Shown: positions 1 through 9,136 of the stretch, piece by piece | Layout of the letters: the number at the start of each line of letters is the position of its first letter | How positions within the stretch are numbered: position 1 is the first letter of the stretch | Source of the DNA: a virus | Virus record (IMG/VR): IMGVR_UViG_3300032753_002463 | Coordinates: 1-64,000 of that record | Reading direction: 5' to 3' (one strand) | DNA length: 64,000 nt | Made by a program: the position numbers and the translations under genes | The notes under the pieces: model-generated | What the model saw: the letters and a program-made list of their open reading frames with translations, nothing else | The model's database searches: none | What the model was told of the DNA's origin: nothing

Positions 1-1073
1 TCCTCATCCTTCTGCTCATATAAGATAACTTTCTTTCGAGAAAGAAACTTCCTTAACATTAGAACTTCTGTTGTCCAGACAGGGGATAGAGCTCTATTTA
101 TTTCCACTCCTGTTACTAGAGCAATCTTAAAAAATGTGGACAATGTATTTAATTTATGATCTATATAGTCTAGGAGACAGGAGTCAACTGCGTTATAAAA
201 TACATAGTTTTCAAAATCATCATCATATAGAGTTTTTAAATTACCATTATATTTAACCTTACCTATACCAAGTGCAGATTGACTAACATATTCAAGAGAA
301 TTAGCTTCCCTTACTTTAATTACACGGTCCCATTTTTTATAAATCTCCATGTAATCGACCATTAATCCGTGCATGGGAACTTGTTGTTTTGTTAACAACA
401 CTCCACTAGGAGAACAAATTTTCGGATCAATCCCTAATCTTTTAGCCCTCGATATCAAATATGGCCAGTCATATCCAAACCAGTTCCATCCACTTATTAA
501 TGGCATCTTGTGCATTAATTTTGACATGAAGGTATAGATCATATCAAATTCACTATCAAAACTTATATAATTGAATGCCCATTTAGCATTAAACTTTTTG
601 AAATGATCATTTACCTTTTTTTCTATCTTCAGTATTTGATCTGGCTCCAATTTTCTAAGGCCTAACACGTGTACCTTCCCAGTGGAGGAAGCTATCGCTA
701 ATGTTAGTATTTTATTAGCAGCTTTTGATGTATCTAATGAATCCGCTTTATTATCAGTAACCTCAACTTCTATATCGACCCAATATTTTCGAGGCGTTTG
801 ATATTCCCATAAAGGTTTTGTAACTTTTTTATCATAAAGCTCCAAGAGTTCAGTAATTCTATACTTATCGTATTTTTGGGTTTTTTGAATTTTGACTGGT
901 TGCTTATCCCAGGAGGACCAACCTTTAATAATACCCCTATCTCCAGGAGAAGCTTTTCTCCAAACATATCTGTCTCTCTCTGGAATGGGAAGATTTAGAA
1001 AAGCCATATCCCCTTCTTCTGTGTAATAGGAAACTTTTAATGATTCCCCTAAATTCTCTATGTCAATTATCAT
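1..1073 (-). CDS. DNA polymerase family B (T4 gp43-like), N-terminal and 3'-5' exonuclease part; runs off the window start
   Basis: Not in the ORF track. Manual translation from ATG at 1073: MIIDIENLGESLKVSYYTEEG...YWVDIEV (ExoI)...ISGWNWFGYDWPYL (ExoII)...FYNAVDS (ExoIII); open to the window edge. Confidence 0.9.
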   Translation of the reverse strand, partial: MIIDIENLGESLKVSYYTEEGDMAFLNLPIPERDRYVWRKASPGDRGIIKGWSSWDKQPVKIQKTQKYDKYRITELLELYDKKVTKPLWEYQTPRKYWVDIEVEVTDNKADSLDTSKAANKILTLAIASSTGKVHVLGLRKLEPDQILKIEKKVNDHFKKFNAKWAFNYISFDSEFDMIYTFMSKLMHKMPLISGWNWFGYDWPYLISRAKRLGIDPKICSPSGVLLTKQQVPMHGLMVDYMEIYKKWDRVIKVREANSLEYVSQSALGIGKVKYNGNLKTLYDDDFENYVFYNAVDSCLLDYIDHKLNTLSTFFKIALVTGVEINRALSPVWTTEVLMLRKFLSRKKVILYEQKDE

Positions 1074-1077
1074 ATAA

Positions 1078-1107
1078 ATTATATGATGCTACAGCAGCAA
1101 GTGTTTC
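1078..1107 (-). promoter_or_regulatory. putative early/middle promoter GAAAC-N19-TATAAT upstream of the DNA polymerase
   Basis: Minus strand GAAAC(1107-1103)-19 nt-TATAAT(1083-1078), 4 nt before the ATG; the motif recurs at 5 other gene starts. Confidence 0.65.
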
Positions 1108-1124
1108 GACTATTAAGAATATTA

Positions 1125-1631
1125 TTATTTCTTATTTTTGGTATCGGATTGTTGGAATGTTTTCATAGTTTTTTGAAAATCTAAAAATCCCATCAATTTA
1201 TTAGTAAACCTATTTTCCTTTCTCACCGAAGATGTCTTTTTCTTAGAAACACCGCCTCTTCCTTCTACTCCACCACCTATAGTTGGAAATTGATCTCCAG
1301 AACCTACATGATCAGCGGTAGGAAATGATACATTTCCCATACCATTTGTAGCAGCTAATGATGACAGACCTCCTTCACTTTCAGAGAAATTTTGTATCTT
1401 ATCCTTAAAAACCCTGAATGCAGAATTACCACTATTTAGTACATATCCAATAGTTTGACCGTCTGAATTTCTAATAGAATCATCAACTAACGCCTGCCTA
1501 CCATCAAAAAGGGTAGCAGTTTTCCCAATATTTGGGTCACTACTATTTTTAGACTCGGTTCTGTGCCTTGGTTCAGAGCTGGAGCTAGATCCACCACAAC
1601 CACAATCTTCATTTAGCCTATTAATTTTCAT
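1125..1631 (-). CDS. hypothetical protein, possible head-internal protein
   Basis: 168 aa ORF, N-terminal RLNE motif, Gly/Ser-rich; downstream of the GATATATA motif at 1848. Confidence 0.7.
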   Translation of the reverse strand: MKINRLNEDCGCGGSSSSSEPRHRTESKNSSDPNIGKTATLFDGRQALVDDSIRNSDGQTIGYVLNSGNSAFRVFKDKIQNFSESEGGLSSLAATNGMGNVSFPTADHVGSGDQFPTIGGGVEGRGGVSKKKTSSVRKENRFTNKLMGFLDFQKTMKTFQQSDTKNKK

Positions 1632-1632
1632 A

Positions 1633-1842
1633 CTATTTCCTTTTTATAAATTCTCTATAATCTACTAAATTTTGTAGGTTCCTTCCTTTTTTTCTTGATG
1701 GATCATATAATGATTCAGGATCAAGAATATTTGTAATAGTACCAATTCTTTTTAGCTTTTTAGTAGGAAGAAATGGATAATTCATACCTAGATCCCCTGG
1801 ACCCTTACCGATACGTAATTTATTTATTCTCTTCCTATTCAT
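1633..1842 (-). CDS. small basic hypothetical protein
   Basis: 69 aa ORF abutting the next gene; GATATATA 5 nt upstream. Confidence 0.65.
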   Translation of the reverse strand: MNRKRINKLRIGKGPGDLGMNYPFLPTKKLKRIGTITNILDPESLYDPSRKKGRNLQNLVDYREFIKRK

Positions 1843-1847
1843 CTATC

Positions 1848-1855
1848 TATATATC
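1848..1855 (-). promoter_or_regulatory. putative late promoter GATATATA
   Basis: Same octamer lies just upstream of many structural genes (9121, 15137, 18743, 22425, 49600). Confidence 0.6.
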
Positions 1856-1910
1856 AAATAACTAATATATCTTTTAATAGATTTTAGTATTTCTATTTTT
1901 CATACAATAT

Positions 1911-1939
1911 AAAAAGGTCCGATATAGAAATATCGGACC
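1911..1939 (-). terminator. rho-independent terminator
   Basis: Perfect 10-bp stem GGTCCGATAT/ATATCGGACC with a 4-nt loop, followed by TTTTT on the minus strand. Confidence 0.8.
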
Positions 1940-1967
1940 CACACAATGTAAACAAACAAACAATTGC

Positions 1968-2135
1968 TTATTTCTTTTTCCCTTTCTTGGCGTAATCATT
2001 CCAAGTCCAGATAAATCTGTGATAATTTTTCTTAACCAAAGCAAAGCCGGTATCCCCGTCTTGTATTTTTACAACATTATCGGGTGGTGCATAGTTACTT
2101 ATGTCCGCCCCTTTGCTTTTTTTTGCCTTTTTCAT
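1968..2135 (-). CDS. small basic hypothetical protein (55 aa)
   Basis: Below the track cutoff. MKKAKKSKGADISNYAPPDNVVKIQDGDTGFALVKKNYHRFIWTWNDYAKKGKKK; starts 2 nt after the upstream stop. Confidence 0.65.
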   Translation of the reverse strand: MKKAKKSKGADISNYAPPDNVVKIQDGDTGFALVKKNYHRFIWTWNDYAKKGKKK

Positions 2136-2137
2136 AA

Positions 2138-2353
2138 TTAGTCATTCAATTTCAAGACAGATTCTATCTGTGACTTGTTTATCGATGTAACCTCTGCGGT
2201 AGAAATTCCCGTTCCTACATGTTCAGTTGCCAACGCTTCTGCATGGGTTACACTCTCTGCTTCTACTAAGATCTGTGTCTTAGTTACTATTGGTTTTCCA
2301 GATTTGCTTACCTCTCCGGAATCGAAGGTAATTTTACAAAGATAATAGCTCAT
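2138..2353 (-). CDS. DUF4494-like protein (Bacteroidota-type)
   Basis: YYLCKITF...GK...ILVEAESVTHAEA...EVTSINKSQI matches the recalled DUF4494 pattern. Confidence 0.7.
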   Translation of the reverse strand: MSYYLCKITFDSGEVSKSGKPIVTKTQILVEAESVTHAEALATEHVGTGISTAEVTSINKSQIESVLKLND

Positions 2354-2383
2354 TTCTTATAATTTTGGTTAAATAATTTCTAC

Positions 2384-2560
2384 CTATTCAGATTTTTTTG
2401 CTTCCTGTACTTCTACCCTCAGCGCTTGAGTTAATTCCTTCAATTCCTGACATTGAGCTCTTAATCTAGTTCCTGCTGCTTTATTTCCCTTTCCAAAGAA
2501 TTTATCTGCTTCATTCCTCATCGATAAAACTAGCTCCGAAATTTTGTTGTAAGTTTCCAT
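2384..2560 (-). CDS. histone H1-like protein Hc1 family (short Bacteroidota-type form)
   Basis: Below the track cutoff. METYNKISELVLSMRNEADKFFGKGNKAAGTRLRAQCQELKELTQALRVEVQEAKKSE carries the KGNKAAGTRxR signature. Confidence 0.85.
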   Translation of the reverse strand: METYNKISELVLSMRNEADKFFGKGNKAAGTRLRAQCQELKELTQALRVEVQEAKKSE

Positions 2561-2586
2561 ATTTAATTTTGTGTTTTTAATTTATT

Positions 2587-2615
2587 ATTATACACAAACC
2601 CTTGTTCTTTGTTTC
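2587..2615 (-). promoter_or_regulatory. putative early/middle promoter GAAAC-N18-TATAAT
   Basis: GAAAC(2615-2611)-18 nt-TATAAT(2592-2587) upstream of the Hc1-like gene. Confidence 0.65.
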
Positions 2616-2634
2616 GTTAAAGAAATGCAAGTAA

Positions 2635-3177
2635 TTAATTATGAGATAATTTTGTATGGAGTATAGATTTTGAATTTGCACCGGTTTGGGTGTTCCATCT
2701 TCCTTTTGACCAAATACTTATAGTATTTTTAGTAAAATTCATATATTCCTCTGTTCCAATTTCAATATTTTCCAAAAATTCGTCATAGATCTTCGTAACT
2801 TTAGGATTTTTCTCCAAATAATCATCCAAAGCTTTCTCGAGTATATCTGATATTTTAGTTAATTCATCAATAGTAATGCTAATTTTTTCATTTTCTCTTG
2901 ACTTAAAAGGAGCCTCATCGATCAAAAAGGAATCCATATCCTCGGGTGTTATTTCCTCTATTGAAAGAACCACATAAGATTGTTCGGCATCATTTATAAT
3001 ATCATTCTTGGAAAACTTACCCAACTTTATTATAAATGCCCTTTCATGATCACTTTTATCGCCAGTCTTGAAGAAGTAATCATAGGACTTGTCCATTTTT
3101 TTAACATGGAAGTAATTATTACCAAGTCCTTCCTCTTCGTTCAACATATAGTCTTTGAAATACTTTAAAAATTCCAT
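2635..3177 (-). CDS. hypothetical protein, possible head-internal protein
   Basis: 180 aa; N-terminus MEFLKYFKDYMLNE; AATATATA at 3192-3199. Confidence 0.75.
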   Translation of the reverse strand: MEFLKYFKDYMLNEEEGLGNNYFHVKKMDKSYDYFFKTGDKSDHERAFIIKLGKFSKNDIINDAEQSYVVLSIEEITPEDMDSFLIDEAPFKSRENEKISITIDELTKISDILEKALDDYLEKNPKVTKIYDEFLENIEIGTEEYMNFTKNTISIWSKGRWNTQTGANSKSILHTKLSHN

Positions 3178-3221
3178 AGCTTTTTTTCTTTTATATATTC
3201 CATTATTTAATAATTCCCACT

Positions 3222-3249
3222 AAAAAAACCCTAGCACAAGCTAGGGTTT
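3222..3249 (-). terminator. rho-independent terminator
   Basis: Stem AAACCCTAGC/GCTAGGGTTT with a 4-nt loop and a T-run on the minus strand, after the AAA ATPase. Confidence 0.8.
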
Positions 3250-3266
3250 CTAAAGAGAGGTATTAT

Positions 3267-4589
3267 TTATTCTTGCATCATTTTTTTGTAATGCTTCTCC
3301 CACAAGCTAAGTTGTTCATAATATGCTTTTTTCTTCCTAATATAGGGAACATGCACTAACATCATAGACATTGCTGCAGTGGCATAATCTGCGGCGTCTA
3401 TTGATATCCAATACTTAATGAAGTTTGCCCATTCATCTGGAGTAAGTTCAGTATTGAGTTTTTCTGCATGGTTAACAATAGCTGCAGTCCAGGCCCACAT
3501 TCTATTTGGCACATAGCTATTTCCTTTTTTACCTGGCGTTGGTGCATTTTGGGGATCTTTAAATACTTTCCCAATATCATCAAAAGAAAATTCCTGTGCT
3601 AACTGATAGTATTCTAAAAAAGCATTAGCAGCTGCTGTACCAACCTCCTTTGTAAATATTTTACGTAACGCATCTTCTGTAATGACTCTTTTACCCTTGT
3701 CTTTTTTTCTTTGCTGGAGAAATCCTTCTAATTTCTTAGCAGCATCAATCCATCCTCTGGGAGTAAAATTACCCATATCATCAGAATCTTCATTAAATGA
3801 TCCATGAAAATACTCAGGCATGTGCTTAATGAACGTAATCATTTCAGGAATTACTAATTGGGATAAGCATTTTTCATACATTATCTTTTTAGGATAAGTC
3901 TCGATATGCTTTAACAAGCCCTCCGGAGTAGCAACATAGTTAACAAGATTAAACCTATCAATCATTGCAGAGCCTAAATCCCTAATTTTTTCTGCCCTAT
4001 CATCTTTCGGTCTGTTTCCTGCTGCGACTACCATCCAACGTGAAGGTAAAACATAATCAGTACCCGGTAATGTTCTAGTTTGAACAAATTGCATTAACGA
4101 ATCCATAACATAAGGATCTGCACGATTAAATTCATCAAAAAAGATAGCACCACCAGGACCATCGTCTTCTGTTTTACCCTCTGGTATAATACCTCCGGGC
4201 CAGTTACTCCTAGGCCAAAAAGTAGGGGGATTGGATCTAGTAACACCGCTACCGTGAGGGGACTTTGAAGTAACAGATTCTACAACTTTTGGTACTCCTA
4301 TTAAATCAACAGGCTGAGAATATCTTAATTCTACAGGCATAAATCCTATACCCAATCTCTCACAAACTTGAGACACTAACTCAGTTTTACCAATTCCAGG
4401 TGCTCCATAGATAAACATTGGTTTTTGCCAGCCTGTTTCGGTTAAAATGTAATAATCATCGATGAGATCCTGGATAATTTCTGCTGCTGAAAGGTCAGGG
4501 ACACTCTTCCAAGGGCTTCTCAGGTGTGCCAATAATTTTTGATCCCCAAGACCATCTGTTGTTTTTGCTTCGCTTGTTGTTTTCGCCAT
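3267..4589 (-). CDS. MoxR-like/AAA_5 AAA+ ATPase
   Basis: Walker A GAPGIGKT, Walker B IFFDEFNRA, sensor VVAAGNR, DRF arginine finger, TPRGW. Confidence 0.9.
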   Translation of the reverse strand: MAKTTSEAKTTDGLGDQKLLAHLRSPWKSVPDLSAAEIIQDLIDDYYILTETGWQKPMFIYGAPGIGKTELVSQVCERLGIGFMPVELRYSQPVDLIGVPKVVESVTSKSPHGSGVTRSNPPTFWPRSNWPGGIIPEGKTEDDGPGGAIFFDEFNRADPYVMDSLMQFVQTRTLPGTDYVLPSRWMVVAAGNRPKDDRAEKIRDLGSAMIDRFNLVNYVATPEGLLKHIETYPKKIMYEKCLSQLVIPEMITFIKHMPEYFHGSFNEDSDDMGNFTPRGWIDAAKKLEGFLQQRKKDKGKRVITEDALRKIFTKEVGTAAANAFLEYYQLAQEFSFDDIGKVFKDPQNAPTPGKKGNSYVPNRMWAWTAAIVNHAEKLNTELTPDEWANFIKYWISIDAADYATAAMSMMLVHVPYIRKKKAYYEQLSLWEKHYKKMMQE

Positions 4590-4611
4590 TTTTATTTGGT
4601 GTTTAAAAAAT

Positions 4612-5934
4612 TTACAATATTAGATTAAGACGTGTTCCAAATGGGATTTTAACATTTTCGTTTATATAGCCTTGAGTACCTACAATTACCCAAATAACTT
4701 TATCTTTGTACATTGGAATTCCAAATTCTTTTTCTGTGGGAAATGGACCACATCCATCAGTAAAATAAATAATTGGGCCTAATGTTTTTTTACCAAGTAA
4801 GTTTTCTTTAATCCATTTAAATGGAGGGCTAAAATCTGTACCGCCGCCGCCACGGGGGGAATTTAGTAAATGTAAAGTATTTGGAGTTACAACATCAACA
4901 GGCAAATGAAGAGCTGCATCACACCACATGAGATGTATTTGTTTAGGCTTAAAATTTTTGATTATTTCATGTGCTTCGCTGACCATACCAGTTAATTCCT
5001 TCTGACCAATGGATCCCGAAGTATCTCCGATTAATACAAAGCTATCAAATGTTGATTTTGTTGGGGTTCTAGTCCATTGGATATCATCATTTCCGATGAA
5101 TCTACGATGTGGTATATCATATTTATGTTTTTCACCCATAGATATGATAAATCTCCTTAATGCATTTTTCCAATCAATCTGAGGTTGTAATAATTTTAAT
5201 AGCTTTCTCTTAAAGCTCTCTGGCATAGTTCCTGCATTTTTATTAAGGCTGTCCTTCAATGCATCGTCCCAATAATCGCTAAGCTTTTCAGGATCACTTA
5301 GATCACTTTCTACTACTTTCATTTCTCCCTCCTCATCACCATCTTGTGGTTCTCCACCCTCTGTCTGTGGTGGGGGAGGTGGTGGATCCTCAACTTCCCC
5401 GATTCTCCATGTACAATTTCCACCCTTGCCCGCTACATAATCGGGAGGTAGATCAATATTGTTTTGAAGTAGGTATTGATATATCATTTCCGCTGTCCAT
5501 CCTTCATACTTTTTTTCTAAAAGAGCCTCTGTTGGCATTACCCCACAACTATCAGGAAGATCTGAGATTAATTGATTTAATGCATAATCGGCAGCAGCAT
5601 TCCAATAATCTGGATTTGCTTGTCTTCTCAAAAAATGTTTGAGTATACAGTGCATTACTTCATGACAAATAACCCATTTAATCTCATCATCTGATTTTTC
5701 CAAAACAAAATCGGGGTCATAAAATAAATGCTTACCATCAGTAGCCATAGTCTTATACTTAAGACCAAGTTTCTCCTCTACCTTTAAGTGCATAATTAAG
5801 TTACCAAAAAAAGGTTGCTTATTTCCAAGCTGGACCTTACATTTCATCATCTTTCTACCAGCCCGAGCTGATACCGAATTCCATTCCTCTTCTTGGAGCT
5901 GCTGTTTTGTTTTGACCGGAGCGGTTTGACTCAT
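4612..5934 (-). CDS. DUF2201-type metallopeptidase fused to a vWA domain
   Basis: ATDG...HEVMH zincin motif, WNAAADYALN; vWA MIDAS DTSGS, GGGGTDF, YFTDG; adjacent to the AAA ATPase. Confidence 0.88.
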   Translation of the reverse strand: MSQTAPVKTKQQLQEEEWNSVSARAGRKMMKCKVQLGNKQPFFGNLIMHLKVEEKLGLKYKTMATDGKHLFYDPDFVLEKSDDEIKWVICHEVMHCILKHFLRRQANPDYWNAAADYALNQLISDLPDSCGVMPTEALLEKKYEGWTAEMIYQYLLQNNIDLPPDYVAGKGGNCTWRIGEVEDPPPPPPQTEGGEPQDGDEEGEMKVVESDLSDPEKLSDYWDDALKDSLNKNAGTMPESFKRKLLKLLQPQIDWKNALRRFIISMGEKHKYDIPHRRFIGNDDIQWTRTPTKSTFDSFVLIGDTSGSIGQKELTGMVSEAHEIIKNFKPKQIHLMWCDAALHLPVDVVTPNTLHLLNSPRGGGGTDFSPPFKWIKENLLGKKTLGPIIYFTDGCGPFPTEKEFGIPMYKDKVIWVIVGTQGYINENVKIPFGTRLNLIL

Positions 5935-6086
5935 CTAAAATTTATTTGTGAGAATTATAGGGAATTCTTAAATTCACCCACTATAATATACATTTGAAAA
6001 TAATTGTAAAAGTACACAAAAAATTCTGACTAAAAAATTTCTTATTGTTAAGAAAACGTTAAATATATTTAAAGATAGATTGGCAT

Positions 6087-7970
6087 TTAAGAGGATTTAA
6101 TAAATTCCTGCCAGAGGTATACAATAGATTTTGGAGCATTTTTCTTAAAATTAACAAAATCCTGGCGAACTATCATATCCTGAATTTCTAAGGAATTATT
6201 CCATTGAGGAGTGGAATATATGTGAAATTCCGGAGTTAGTTTACCCTTTTTAATCAAGCTCTTTTTTTGTAATACATAATTTTCATAAGTGTCCTTTTGT
6301 GTTGTTAGACCAATGACATTATATTTTTCAGACAATGCTTCTATACATGTAGCTAGTAAATTATTAGGAACATAGATAACATCCTCTATTAGATCCTTAA
6401 ATTCAGTAGCAATTGAAACCATACTTTTCTTAAGAATATCTATATCTAGTGGATATTTTTTAGATCCCTCTTGTGGTTCTACAACAGCTAATACTACCGG
6501 TAAATGATTTTCTTGTTTAGTCCTTTGTATGATTTTTAAGTCCCCATTATTGAATGGCTGAAAATTTCCAATAACTAAATTAACCATCTTCTTCTCATCA
6601 TGGTGAGTTGTTTTGTCATCAGGATCTTTATTATCTAATGGAGTTTCAATACTATCCTTAATTTGATCCATTAAATTAGTAGAATCTACATCCTCACCAG
6701 CATTTTCAACATCCTCACTTTCCTCAATAATGATATTTTTGCTCTCTTTCCTAAATTCACCAAATGTTGGTATTCCACTTTCTGCTACACCATCTAAATT
6801 ATTTAGATAATCTGCTATTTCTCGAACCAATATATTAAATTGTTGAATAGACCCGCTAGTAAAAAATCCACCTGCTTTTTTCTTTAGTTTTCTAAATGCA
6901 GATAGTATTAGTTTAAATAAGGATTCATAGCTTTCTTCTTCCTGTATTAATGCCCTAGTTTTCTCGGAAGAAATATTATCTATATTTGCTTGGAATCCTT
7001 CTCCCCTTAAATAAGCGGGCTCCTCAAAATCAACACCCCTGTAATTTTCACCATACTCATCGATAAATTTTTCAAAAACATCACAGATAAAGGAAATATA
7101 TCTATCCTCTATTTCATCTCCCACATATTGAAAATGCTCTAGCCCTTTTTCTAATATAAAATTCATGATCTCTAATACAGTGATACCGTAAATATCATTG
7201 GGAAAAAATCCTTCACTTTTAATCTCATTTTCCTTTGCAATCTCGGCAAATACAGGATCTACTATTTTAGCACTCACAGTTTCTCCTTGTCCATCCAAGG
7301 AACCAAATTTAAATACTATCCCTTCTATAGGCTTATCTAAATCATCATTTAACGTTGTTTTTTTAAGCTCTGGATTAAGTATTGATATAATGTATTTGGC
7401 AAAGGAATTCGTGCCGTATTGATAGCTTAAAGTGTCAAATGGCACACTTAAAAATTCTTGTATCTTAACTTTTTGTTCATCGTTCATTTTTCCTTGGAAA
7501 ATGATTGGAGGGTTTTCGACACCTAATATTTCTGCCCAGTGATCTAGCTCTTTTTTATCTACAATAGTTCTTTCAATTTCTCCAAAATCATCCTTAACAA
7601 GAATATAGGTAAGGACAAGATTATTTTTTGGTAATCTATCATAAGTAATAGAAATTGGATTGCTGTTTATAAAATATTCCATTCCAAATCTCCATCCTAA
7701 TGGCAATTCATCCTTTATTTCGTCGGCTAAAGTATTTACATACCTAATTGGAGGTTCGTAATATCTCATTAATGTTCTATCGATCTTTGTTATGGGATTT
7801 AATTGATCCCTTTTATAAAAAGATATCTCACCGTCATTAATATTCCTTTCAAATGAAAATGATGATCCATTTAACATTTCTGTTATTACTACAGTCTTCT
7901 TGAAAAGATTTTCCAAAAATTCTTTCCCTTGCTTCCTATAAATGTCCGTTAGATATTTTATCCCTGCCAT
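6087..7970 (-). CDS. fusion of a degenerate RNA-ligase-like domain and a degenerate HIGH-type nucleotidyltransferase domain
   Basis: VITEMLNGSS (cf. ligase motif I TEKxDGS), IEGIVFK (motif IV), AKIVD (motif V); C-terminal LVIGNFQPFNNGD (cf. GRFQPFHxGH). Confidence 0.55.
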   Translation of the reverse strand: MAGIKYLTDIYRKQGKEFLENLFKKTVVITEMLNGSSFSFERNINDGEISFYKRDQLNPITKIDRTLMRYYEPPIRYVNTLADEIKDELPLGWRFGMEYFINSNPISITYDRLPKNNLVLTYILVKDDFGEIERTIVDKKELDHWAEILGVENPPIIFQGKMNDEQKVKIQEFLSVPFDTLSYQYGTNSFAKYIISILNPELKKTTLNDDLDKPIEGIVFKFGSLDGQGETVSAKIVDPVFAEIAKENEIKSEGFFPNDIYGITVLEIMNFILEKGLEHFQYVGDEIEDRYISFICDVFEKFIDEYGENYRGVDFEEPAYLRGEGFQANIDNISSEKTRALIQEEESYESLFKLILSAFRKLKKKAGGFFTSGSIQQFNILVREIADYLNNLDGVAESGIPTFGEFRKESKNIIIEESEDVENAGEDVDSTNLMDQIKDSIETPLDNKDPDDKTTHHDEKKMVNLVIGNFQPFNNGDLKIIQRTKQENHLPVVLAVVEPQEGSKKYPLDIDILKKSMVSIATEFKDLIEDVIYVPNNLLATCIEALSEKYNVIGLTTQKDTYENYVLQKKSLIKKGKLTPEFHIYSTPQWNNSLEIQDMIVRQDFVNFKKNAPKSIVYLWQEFIKSS

Positions 7971-7974
7971 ATAC

Positions 7975-8403
7975 TTAATTTAAACAAATAATTTCCTTAC
8001 ATCCTTCCAAAGAGAAAATAAAATATGAACCAATATTTATTGGATTTTTAATTTTCACATCCTCATTGATTAATAAATATTCCAATGAACCCATTATATC
8101 CCTTATTAATACACTACTTCTTTTTGTTAATCCCTCCTGCAACATAACTCGTAAATCTATATAGTATTTTTCAAAATCTATGCATTCCCTAGAATCCATT
8201 ATAGTTTTAAATACTTTACCTTCTATCTCAGTTACTTTTTTCTCAGCCATATACACTTCCCAATTACCATCTTCATTTTGATATATTTTTCCCGCTTCTT
8301 CATTCGAAGAAAAAAATACAACAGAATCTACGGTTTCAATAGAATCTACAGGACAACCTATATAATATTCTATCATCGGAACCATTACGTCGCTCCTATC
8401 CAT
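7975..8403 (-). CDS. hypothetical protein
   Basis: The track ORF 7975-8631 overlaps the upstream gene; likely real start is ATG 8403 (MDRSDVMVP), 142 aa. Confidence 0.65.
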   Translation of the reverse strand: MDRSDVMVPMIEYYIGCPVDSIETVDSVVFFSSNEEAGKIYQNEDGNWEVYMAEKKVTEIEGKVFKTIMDSRECIDFEKYYIDLRVMLQEGLTKRSSVLIRDIMGSLEYLLINEDVKIKNPINIGSYFIFSLEGCKEIICLN

Positions 8404-8416
8404 GGTCAAAAGTTTA

Positions 8417-9109
8417 TTATAAAAATAGGGCTGCTTCTGCAAATTCTCCAAGTCCTGCACCTGCCCCTTCCCCTGCCACTGCAGAACCAGCATTTTTAAT
8501 TGCAGACTCACCCCCAGAACTACCAAGCCAATCCATCTCGGAGGCTTGAATACTCTTATCAAATCCTTCGTTCTCCCCGGGTTTAAAACCAGCAGATTTA
8601 TACTTATCAATAGCCCATTTATTAACATCATCCTGCGAATCTAAATGAGATATTTCTCCTCTATGTTTATCGACGAAAATTCTTTGGTGCTCTGGGGTTA
8701 TTTCTGGATTTGCTTCGTCAATAGGAGGAGCAGTTTCAGGACCACCAAACATTTTACTTAGTACCCCCTTTACTGCGCCAACCCCTAATCCAACTATATC
8801 GGAAAACCCAGCATCAGTAGCCATATGCTGGGTTTCCCCACCAGCAGTTTTTAAATCATATCCAGGTATTCTTGACTTATACTTATCTTTCCACGCAGAA
8901 GGATCCTTTATTAAATCACCGCCTAATCTTTCAATTGTATTTCCAATATTCTGGAACCAATTTCCCATATAATTATCCAATTTCCCTTTTGCTTCCGGAT
9001 TTACTTTCTTCCCTGTAATAGAAGAAAGTTCATTAACATCTATTTTTGGTATAGTACCAGCAATTGAACTAGTCCCCTCGAATAGGTGATATGGTATAAG
9101 ATTTCTCAT
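8417..9109 (-). CDS. hypothetical protein, possible head-internal protein
   Basis: 230 aa; N-terminus MRNLIPYHLFE; GATATATA at 9121-9128. Confidence 0.75.
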   Translation of the reverse strand: MRNLIPYHLFEGTSSIAGTIPKIDVNELSSITGKKVNPEAKGKLDNYMGNWFQNIGNTIERLGGDLIKDPSAWKDKYKSRIPGYDLKTAGGETQHMATDAGFSDIVGLGVGAVKGVLSKMFGGPETAPPIDEANPEITPEHQRIFVDKHRGEISHLDSQDDVNKWAIDKYKSAGFKPGENEGFDKSIQASEMDWLGSSGGESAIKNAGSAVAGEGAGAGLGEFAEAALFL

Positions 9110-9120
9110 CAGTTTTTATT

Positions 9121-9128
9121 TATATATC
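9121..9128 (-). promoter_or_regulatory. putative late promoter GATATATA
   Basis: GGGATATATAAATAAAAACTG-ATG. Confidence 0.6.
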
Positions 9129-9136
9129 CCAAAATA

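Noticed and set aside
7975-8631. 218-aa ORF as given in the track
   Set aside because: Its first 76 codons overlap gene 8417-9109 in another frame; the start at 8403 is more plausible
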